From assembly GCA_043754535.1 (NCBI GenBank), contig JAYUUN010000113.1:1-64000 (forward strand): a stretch of 64,000 bases of DNA, in the 5' to 3' direction. Under the pieces are notes generated by a model. The model worked only from the letters and a program-made list of their open reading frames with translations. It did not search any database and was not told the origin of the DNA. Origin of the DNA: Chloroflexota bacterium (GTDB lineage Bacteria > Chloroflexota > Chloroflexia > QHBQ01). Shown one piece after another: positions 56,859-64,000 of the stretch; position 1 is the first letter of the stretch; the number at the start of each line of letters is the position of its first letter. The position numbers and the translations under genes were made by a program.

Positions 56859-59825
56859 TTAGAGCAGGCCCAGCAGCAGGCTGCCGTAGAGGGCAGCGGC
56901 GGCAAGGGCTAGCAGCAGCCACAGCCATCTGTTCCAGGCTGCGACCCGTTCGCCAGATGCGCCGCTGGCAGCTACCACGTTGCTGACCAGGTAGGCCGCC
57001 GCGATGATGCTGGCGAGGCGGAAGGGGTTCTGTTGGGTGGTCAGGTAGAGGCCGAGGAACAGGGCAGCGACCGCAAAGCCGAAGCCGAGGCCCAACAGGT
57101 GGGGTAGGGCCAGGCGACGGCTACTCTCTGCCAGCAAGGACACCCGCTGCTCGTCACGCCGCTGGGGCTGGGTGAGGCTAGATTGCTGATTGGCAGCCCG
57201 CGCCCGGCGGCTGGGGGTGGTGGCTGGCAGGGCCTGGGCCTGCAAATCCTCATCTACCTGCGGGTCGGTCAGGCTCAGTTGTTGCAGGCTGCCGAAGAAG
57301 AAGCCGCCGACCACACTGGTCGCCAGTGCGATGATTAGTTCGAGCAGGTTGAAGTGGTGGTGGGCGACCATGCCCAGCCCTTGCGCCATCCAGCGTTGCA
57401 GCCAGCCACCCACGCCATAAAGCAGTGCAGCGGTCAGCAGCGCGGTTAGCAGGTAGACTAGCAGGGGGAAGGCCGCCTGCTGCAAGGTGAAGAAGCCAGC
57501 CGCCTGCCCACCAGAGAGCAGGAAACCGAGCAGCGAAGGGGCAGTGCTGCCCGCTGGCCCAGGGCCGAGCAGGAAGATGATCACCCCGGTGACGGCTGTG
57601 GCGTAGAGCCAGACTGGGCCACCGAACCCGCCGCCACTGTCTTCGCCGAACAGCTTGAGGCTACTGACCAGCATCAGCAGCAGCATCAGGGCAAAGGCGA
57701 TGTAGGCCGGGTTGAGGCCAGCCCTGCTGTCGTTGCTCAGGCCGTTGCCGACCGCCAGCCGATAAGCGGCACTGCTATCGGGCGGCTGGCTGCTGGCGGC
57801 CCAGGGCTGCCCCAGCCGGGCTGTGATCGCCCGTGAGCTTGCCGCTTCGCCACCAAGATAGCTACCCTGCGCGTAGGCCGCCTGCGCCTGCTGCTGCACT
57901 GCTGGCCCGTAGCCAGGGCTGATCGCTGCTGCTTTGAGGAAGGCAGCCGCCGCCAGGTCGTTCCTACCCAGTTGCTTGTAGCTCTGGCCGAGATTGTACC
58001 AGGTGCTGTAGGCTAGCGGCCAGGCTGCTACCGCCGCCCGATAGTGGTAGACCGCCTGCTCGCTGCGGCCCACCTGCGCCAAGCTGTCGGCCCAGTGGCT
58101 CTGCACATAACTGCGCTGCAAGTCGGTTTCGCTGTCCAGATTGAGGCTGGTCGAGAGGTTGAGGGTGCTGCTGAGGGTTGCCCCCTGCGCTACAGCTTCC
58201 ATCGCCCGCTGGTAGGCCGCCTCTGCTCTGTCTACCTGCCCAGCAGCAATGAAGGCATCCCCTGCGCTAACAAAGGGGTAGAAGGGGAGGGGGCCACTGA
58301 GCGGCTTGCCCACGTCGTAGAGGCCGCTGCCGAACAGGGCAGTGGCCGCCTGCGGCTGCTTGTTGGCGAGGTAGAGGGCGACCAGATTGGCGTAGGCAGC
58401 GGCGGCCTGCTGCTGGTCGCCCCCACGCAAGACTTGTTGGTAAGCGGTGGCTGCCTCGTTCGACTTGCCAGCAGCTTGCTGAACCAGGGCAGTGCTGAAG
58501 GGTGAATTGCTGAGTGGCAGGGCGGCATCCGGCTTGATCATAGCCTGGATAACTGCACCATCATTTGTAGTCTGCCCTGGCGTGCCAGAGCCGAGGGTAG
58601 AGCCTGCGGCTAGGTATGCCTTGTCCTTCTGCCCAGCTATGAGCAGGGCTTCAGCCTGGGCTGCCCAAATTGGCGATCCCTTTTCGCTTGCCTGGGGTGC
58701 CGCTTTCAGGGCAGCGTCGTAGTCGGCCAACGCTTCTGCCCCCTTGCCCGCGAGTAGCTTGAGACCAGCACTGTCGTTGAGCAGCTTGGCTTGCGCCTGC
58801 GGGTCGCGCAGATTGCCGAGCAGGAGGGTTAGCTGGGCCACCCCAGCCTGATAGCGGCTGGTCGCCAGCACCAGGCCGAGGTACTTGTCGTAGAGTTGCC
58901 AGTCATAGATCGGGCGGCTGGGGTCGGCAGTGGCCTGGGTCAGTAGCCCCCCGTAGGTGGCAAGAGCGAGGTCAGCGTCGCCAGCCCGCACGGCAGCATC
59001 AGCCAGCAATTCCGTGTTGGCGGCAAGGTCGCTGCGCGTGAGATCGTAGCCAGCCGCCTGTAGGGTGGCTATCGCCTGCTGCGGCTGTCCCTGCTGGATC
59101 AGAGCGAGGGCGAGCATGAAGCTGGTGCGGGGGCGCAGGTCGGCGGTGGCAACCCGGTTGGCGACGGTCAGATGTTCGAGAGCCGTGGGGTAGTTGCCGA
59201 GCAGCAGTTCGATGATGCCAGCGTCGTAGCGGTTGGTTGGGTCGTTGGTATTGGCGACTAGCGTCTGATAGGACTTGTTGAGCGCGATGTCGAGCAGGCG
59301 GGTTTGCTCCGCTGGGTCAGTGGTGAAGCTGGAGAGGTAGGCAGCGAGGGCGGCAGTGTAGAGGTAGCGGCCTGTGAGTGCAAGGCCGCCCCGCCCCTGG
59401 TCGCTGCCGGGAGCAAGATTGCCCTCAGTGAAGGCCAGCGCGTTCTGCAACACCGTGTTTGCCTCTGCCTGCGAGAAGCGCAAGATCAGATTACCCTGCT
59501 CGCGCTTGCCACCGCCATAATCCACCTGCATCAGGGCGATCAGGTCGCGCACCAGGGAGGGGCCGCTATCGCGCAGGGCTAGCTGCCCACAGGATGTGGC
59601 GTTGGTGGCCGTGCAGATCAGCGGTGCTGTGGGCGGCTGGTAGGCAAACAGCCGCCCGAAACCGCCTAGCCGCCCATCCACACTACTGACGGTAAGCGGC
59701 TGGTTTGTGGGGCTGGGCAACGGGGCGAGGCTGCTGCGGCTAAAGCCAAGCAGCAGGGCTACGACCACGCAGGCGGCGAAGATCAGTTGAGCAGCATTGC
59801 GGCTGAGGAAGTTGTCACGGTTCAA
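56859..59825 (-). CDS. Large TPR protein with N-terminal signal/anchor and C-terminal multi-TM domain (degenerate M50-like)
   Basis: N-terminal hydrophobic helix, many TPRs (WYNLGQ, AYANL), about 6-7 C-terminal TM helices. Confidence 0.75.
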   Translation of the reverse strand: MNRDNFLSRNAAQLIFAACVVVALLLGFSRSSLAPLPSPTNQPLTVSSVDGRLGGFGRLFAYQPPTAPLICTATNATSCGQLALRDSGPSLVRDLIALMQVDYGGGKREQGNLILRFSQAEANTVLQNALAFTEGNLAPGSDQGRGGLALTGRYLYTAALAAYLSSFTTDPAEQTRLLDIALNKSYQTLVANTNDPTNRYDAGIIELLLGNYPTALEHLTVANRVATADLRPRTSFMLALALIQQGQPQQAIATLQAAGYDLTRSDLAANTELLADAAVRAGDADLALATYGGLLTQATADPSRPIYDWQLYDKYLGLVLATSRYQAGVAQLTLLLGNLRDPQAQAKLLNDSAGLKLLAGKGAEALADYDAALKAAPQASEKGSPIWAAQAEALLIAGQKDKAYLAAGSTLGSGTPGQTTNDGAVIQAMIKPDAALPLSNSPFSTALVQQAAGKSNEAATAYQQVLRGGDQQQAAAAYANLVALYLANKQPQAATALFGSGLYDVGKPLSGPLPFYPFVSAGDAFIAAGQVDRAEAAYQRAMEAVAQGATLSSTLNLSTSLNLDSETDLQRSYVQSHWADSLAQVGRSEQAVYHYRAAVAAWPLAYSTWYNLGQSYKQLGRNDLAAAAFLKAAAISPGYGPAVQQQAQAAYAQGSYLGGEAASSRAITARLGQPWAASSQPPDSSAAYRLAVGNGLSNDSRAGLNPAYIAFALMLLLMLVSSLKLFGEDSGGGFGGPVWLYATAVTGVIIFLLGPGPAGSTAPSLLGFLLSGGQAAGFFTLQQAAFPLLVYLLTALLTAALLYGVGGWLQRWMAQGLGMVAHHHFNLLELIIALATSVVGGFFFGSLQQLSLTDPQVDEDLQAQALPATTPSRRARAANQQSSLTQPQRRDEQRVSLLAESSRRLALPHLLGLGFGFAVAALFLGLYLTTQQNPFRLASIIAAAYLVSNVVAASGASGERVAAWNRWLWLLLALAAAALYGSLLLGLL

Positions 59826-59841
59826 GCGGCTAGTCTCCTGC

Positions 59842-60912
59842 TTACTTAACGAGGTTGAACTGCTGACCGTCCCACCGCCAGGCTTGCAGCTTACCTACGT
59901 CGTCGCTGGTGGTGAGGGTATAGTGGCCGTCGGCGAAGGGGTCGGCAATCTCGATCTGGGTGGCCGAAGCAAGCTCGGCAGCCCCAGCGAACTTGAGGGC
60001 AGTCGCGTCGTTGTTCTGCCAGGCCCACAGCTTGAGGTGATGCTTGCCGTCGGCCTTTGTGTGCCAGCGCAGACCGAATACGGCCCGGCCATCAGCCAGC
60101 AGTTTCGCGCCCTGCACGCTGTAATCTAGAGGCTCGGCGGTGCCGACTGCCGCGAACACCGCCCGCTGCGCTGCCGTTAGCGGCAAGAACGGGGTAGCCG
60201 TGACCAAGATAGTGGGGCTAGCACTCGGCTCTGCCGTTGGCGTGTCGGTCGGGATCGCCGTGTAGTAGGGGGTGGGAGGCTGCGGGGTGGCAGTGTGGGT
60301 ACTGGTGGCAGTGGCAGTGGTGCCACTCAACTCTGCCGTGCTACTAACCGCGCTGGTGCGGCTGGCGGTGGCGGTGGCCGTGCGGCTGGCAGTGGCCGTG
60401 GCTGTGCGGCTGGCAGTCGGGCTGGCAGCAGTAGTGCCAGTTGGGGGAGCAGGTGTGTCGCTCGGCTGCGGTTCTGGGGTCAGCAGTTCGCGGGAGGCAG
60501 CAGGCCAGACCGGTAGCCAGCCGCTCAAGCCGCCACCCTCGGTGGGCGTGTAGTAGGCGATCACCTGCACTTGTAGCAGCCACTCATCCCCACCAGGGTT
60601 GAGGAAGCTGCTGGTGTGGATTACCTCTGGTGCGCCATTACCGTCCAGGTCAGCGAAGCTGCTCGCTTCCAGCTTGCCGCTGGGCAGGTAGCTAACCAGG
60701 AGCGGCGGCAGCAGGTAGTTGAGCGGGTCGAACTCTAGGAGCGGGCGGAAGGCCGCCTCACTGTAGGCGGTGGGGCGGACGAGCAGGGGCGAAGTATTGA
60801 GGGTAGCGGCATCGCGGGCCTCCTGCTGCTGGTCGCGCACGTCGCAGCCGCCCAGGAGCAGGGCGAGGCTCAGGGCCAACCCCAACCGGCGGATCGTTCT
60901 TCTGGCTAGCAA
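59842..60912 (-). CDS. Lipoprotein with internal Thr/Ala/Pro-rich repeat
   Basis: TTG after AAGGAG; lipobox LGGC; DLDGNG..E loop; (SRTATATA) repeats. Confidence 0.7.
   Translation of the reverse strand: MLARRTIRRLGLALSLALLLGGCDVRDQQQEARDAATLNTSPLLVRPTAYSEAAFRPLLEFDPLNYLLPPLLVSYLPSGKLEASSFADLDGNGAPEVIHTSSFLNPGGDEWLLQVQVIAYYTPTEGGGLSGWLPVWPAASRELLTPEPQPSDTPAPPTGTTAASPTASRTATATASRTATATASRTSAVSSTAELSGTTATATSTHTATPQPPTPYYTAIPTDTPTAEPSASPTILVTATPFLPLTAAQRAVFAAVGTAEPLDYSVQGAKLLADGRAVFGLRWHTKADGKHHLKLWAWQNNDATALKFAGAAELASATQIEIADPFADGHYTLTTSDDVGKLQAWRWDGQQFNLVK
60350..60430 (-). repeat. 24-bp tandem repeat encoding SRTATATA
   Basis: gtgcggctggc recurs at 24-bp spacing three times. Confidence 0.75.
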
Positions 60913-61080
60913 GTTGCTCTCCTTGTGGGGTTTGCTACTATTACAACTGGCCTGGGGGAATGGTTCGCTGGCAGACCCACTATGATCACAACTGACATAG
61001 GGATGGTTCGTTGGCAGCCCCACTATTCTACCACAGGGCGGTTCTTGCTGGCAAGCTGGTTGGCTTACGCTGGTTGGGCC

Positions 61081-62076
61081 TTAAGCGACTCTCGGTTGCC
61101 AAGTGGGTGGGGATGGGGCAAGCTGCTGTTGTTCGGCGGCCCGCTCGGCTACCTGCCCACGCAGCACCAGCACTGGCACTTGTGCGTTGCTGACCACCCG
61201 CTCGGCTACGCTGCCGTGTAGCAGGCGATCTACTCCGTCGCGAGCGTGGGTGGCAATCACGATCAGGTCGCAACTCTCGCTGCGGGCGGTACTAAGTATC
61301 TCCGTTGCTGGGTCGCCGCCGCGCTCAGTAGTGTGATAGGCGACGTGCGCTGGTAGGTGGCGGTGGGCCGCTTTCTCAAGGTAGTGGTGAGCAGCGATGT
61401 CGCGGTTGTCGGTCAGGTGCAGGGAAGCAGTCCCCTGGAGACCGCCCATCTCGCTATTGAACGGCTCGCTGCTGGTCGCACTTGCCACAACTTCAAGCAG
61501 CAACAGCGAACTGCCGCGCTCGGCCATAGTTGCCGCCACGGGCAGGGCTTGCTCGGCCAACTGGCTACCATCTAGCGGCACCAGGATGTGGCTAAAGCTG
61601 TAGGCACAGTCTGCATAGTCGGCCACTGGCGACTTGCCGCCAACGAGCAGCACTGGTGGCACGCTGCCGTGGACTACTGCTGCTGCTACGCTACCCAGCA
61701 CCAAGCGACCGATCCCGCTGCGCCCGTGCGTACTCATTACTACCAGGTCGCAAGCAGCAGCAGCAGCATTGATAGCATCAGCCGGTGCGCCGTATGCCAC
61801 TTCGCCCGCTACTACCTCCACCCCACAGGTGGTCAACTTTGCCGCCACCGCCCCCAGATAGGTCTTCGCTTCAGCAGCTAGCGACCCGATCATCTCATCG
61901 GTCAAGAGCGGGTCAAATGCCAGCCCCCAGGGGTTGGTGGTAAGCTGGCTGTTGAGGTTAACGGCTTGTAGCAGGGTGACACTGGCCTGATGAGCGGTAG
62001 CGACTGCGATGGCTGCGCCGAGCGCGCGTTCGGCGAACGGGCTGCCGTCGAGTGGGACAAGGATGTGCTTGAACAT
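61081..62076 (-). CDS. Universal stress protein, tandem USP domains
   Basis: HILVPLDGS twice; DLVVMSTHGRSG...LGSVA twice; ATG after GGAGG. Confidence 0.93.
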   Translation of the reverse strand: MFKHILVPLDGSPFAERALGAAIAVATAHQASVTLLQAVNLNSQLTTNPWGLAFDPLLTDEMIGSLAAEAKTYLGAVAAKLTTCGVEVVAGEVAYGAPADAINAAAAACDLVVMSTHGRSGIGRLVLGSVAAAVVHGSVPPVLLVGGKSPVADYADCAYSFSHILVPLDGSQLAEQALPVAATMAERGSSLLLLEVVASATSSEPFNSEMGGLQGTASLHLTDNRDIAAHHYLEKAAHRHLPAHVAYHTTERGGDPATEILSTARSESCDLIVIATHARDGVDRLLHGSVAERVVSNAQVPVLVLRGQVAERAAEQQQLAPSPPTWQPRVA

Positions 62077-62300
62077 AAGTTGCTTCCTCCATACATGAGC
62101 TAACTCAATACTAACCGCCACTGGTCGTAGGGGCGGTGGCGAGCGGTGTACAAGTGGTGAATAAGGGTGAACGTGGGTGAACATTGCCTACTGCTACTTT
62201 GCACTGGCCGCTCAACCCGGCCACCACCCACGCTTTGCAGCACCGTTGACCAATAGGCTAGTCCAACCCACCAAATGTACTATTATTATGCCCTGCCAGG

Positions 62301-62471
62301 GCGACGGCAACCAGCGTGGCAACGGCGGCAACGGAGATCGAGATCGCAGTGCGCGAGTTGAGCTGGCTAACGTTGCAGTTGGCAGCCCCTGACGAACCGC
62401 TGGTCATAGGCCGCGTCAGTCTGGCCCTAGCAAAAGGCCCGACGCAGGTGGTGGCTGCCCTCAGCCACTAG
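62301..62471 (+). pseudogene. C-terminal remnant of an MCP-like gene
   Basis: Startless frame ATSVATAATEIEIAVRELSWLTLQL resembles ASDVATASGQIATAVQDLRTLATEL of the convergent remnant. Confidence 0.45.
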
Positions 62472-63030
62472 CCGGTTGGCTGATGGAGTTCTGTGGCTAG
62501 TGTTCGTAGGTCTTGCACGGCAGTGGCAATCTGACCGCTGGCAGTGGCGACATCGCTAGCTACGATCTGCAAGTCGCGCATCGTGGCCGCCACCTGCTGG
62601 CTAGCTCCGCGCTGCTGCTGGGTTGCCAGAGTGATCATGTGGGTGCGGGTGGTAGTGCTACCGACCAGTTCGATTACCTCCAGGTTAGCTTCAAAAGCAG
62701 TGCGGGCTTGCCGCGCCCCTTTGTCGCTCTCCTTCAGCCCCTCCTCTGTCGCCATCCGCTTGCGGTGTTGGCCTGCTGCACCTTCAGCACCAACTCGCGG
62801 ATGCGGTCGGTGGCTTGCTGGGTGCGGCGAGCTAGCTTCTTGACCTCAACCGCTACTATGCTAAAGCGTTCGCCCGGCAGCCCAGCCCCGGCTGCCTCGA
62901 TGCTGGCGTTGAGGGCTAGCAGGTGGATTTCGGCAGCGATGTTGGCTACCACGCTAACTACCTCGCTGATGCGCTGGATTTGAGCATTGAGGGTCAGTGT
63001 GCGCTCCACGATCTGCTGCACCTGACCGCG
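62468..63030 (-). pseudogene. Truncated, frameshifted methyl-accepting chemotaxis signalling domain
   Basis: HLLALNASIEAAGAG..GERFSIVAVEVKKLA; frameshift at about 62756 (..ANTAS / MATEEG..); no 5' part. Confidence 0.85.
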
Positions 63031-63278
63031 AAGCCCTCGACCTGCTCGGCAAGCAGGCGTTCGATCTGGTGATCCTGGACATCCAAATGCCCCAGCCCGA
63101 CGGCTACGAGATGTTCAGCGCGATGCAAGCCGGGTTGATACACGCGCCGACAGGCGTGCTGTTCATGTCGGCAGGCGCACGTGAGAGGGAAGCTCGCCAG
63201 CACGGGGCCAAGTTCTTTCTCGCAAAGCCTTTCGGCGTTGACGATCTGCTCAATACAGTACACACCATCCTTCGCTAA
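63025..63278 (+). pseudogene. 5'-truncated response regulator receiver domain
   Basis: REALDLL...FDLVILDIQMP..DG, FMSA, AKPF present; beta1 and the acidic DD pocket are missing. Confidence 0.75.
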
Positions 63279-63361
63279 CCCCACCAGCACTTCACTGCCA
63301 CCCTTCAGCCTGTCACTTGTAGCCCACCACTGGTGGTAGCTAGCTGCGAGCGACAGCTTGA

Positions 63362-64000
63362 CTACGGCAACCCTGGGCTAGCTACGTCCACCAAGCCAGG
63401 CTGCCCGACCAGTGGTATGGTGAAGTAGAAGGTGCTACCCGTACCCTCACCCGCGCTCTCCACCCACATTCGGCCACCATGCGCCTGAACTATACTGCTG
63501 CTGATGTAGAGGCCGAGGCCAAGACCACTGGCTGTGTGCTTGCCGTGTTCGGTGCGGTAGAAACGCTCGAACAGGTGGGCCTGCTGCTCTACTGGGATGC
63601 CGATGCCCTGATCCTGGACGCTGACCACCGCGAATGCGTCGTCGCGCGCAACCCGCACTGTGATCGTACCACCCTCCGGGCTGTACTTGGCTGCGTTGCT
63701 GAGCAGGTTGTTGACTACCTGTTCGATCAGCCGCCCCTCACCGAGAACCAACACTTGCTCGTCTGGCAGGTGCAGTTCAAGTGGCAACTTGTACGTCACC
63801 TGAGCTTCTTCGACCAGGCTGGTGTTGATCGCTGAGAGATCGATGGCCTGGTTGATAATCTCAAACCGACCCGCGGCAAGGCTCGACACGTCTAGTAGGT
63901 CGTTGACCATAGTAACCATGCGCTCGGTGCGTTCCAGGATCGTGTCTAGCGGCTTCTGGAAGTCGGCGCGGTCAGCATCGTTCAGCTCTAGCTTGCGTAG
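63362..64000 (-). CDS. Sensor histidine kinase, C-terminal HisKA/HATPase part; starts beyond the window
   Basis: DLLDVS, NLLSNAAKYS, DQGIGIP, LFERFYR, GLGLGL, GSTF; the frame is open to the window end. Confidence 0.92.
   Translation of the reverse strand, partial: LRKLELNDADRADFQKPLDTILERTERMVTMVNDLLDVSSLAAGRFEIINQAIDLSAINTSLVEEAQVTYKLPLELHLPDEQVLVLGEGRLIEQVVNNLLSNAAKYSPEGGTITVRVARDDAFAVVSVQDQGIGIPVEQQAHLFERFYRTEHGKHTASGLGLGLYISSSIVQAHGGRMWVESAGEGTGSTFYFTIPLVGQPGLVDVASPGLP

Overview
This is a GC-rich bacterial chromosomal window, most consistent with Chloroflexota. The evidence is lineage-typical 'VQYFERxRxE' surface-repeat proteins, SLH-anchored enzymes and archaeal-type mevalonate genes. 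It holds about 40 CDS and two tRNAs (Ile-GAT, Glu-TTC). I found no rRNA, CRISPR array, integrase or transposase. Main content: (1) isoprenoid genes, namely a linalool dehydratase/isomerase homolog next to an archaeal-like geranylgeranyl reductase, plus phosphomevalonate dehydratase large/small subunits and isopentenyl phosphate kinase directly downstream of a membrane GAF-HD-GYP gene; (2) cell-envelope genes, including an SLH amidase, MurJ, an RfaE-like nucleotidyltransferase, two clan-A glycoside hydrolases, and a tandem pair of SLH subtilases of which one has lost its catalytic Ser; (3) an in-frame Lrp-LysE fusion followed by ada and three EamA exporters; (4) a Ycf46-type AAA ATPase operon with membrane and Ig/FlgD partners; (5) three tandem TPR paralogs; (6) a TPR protein ending in an apparently dead site-2-protease-like domain; (7) a deletion scar made of MCP and receiver-domain remnants. 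Many near-consensus sigma70 promoters are readable by eye, and the palindrome GCTAGC is conspicuously frequent. All family calls come from motif recognition, not database searches.
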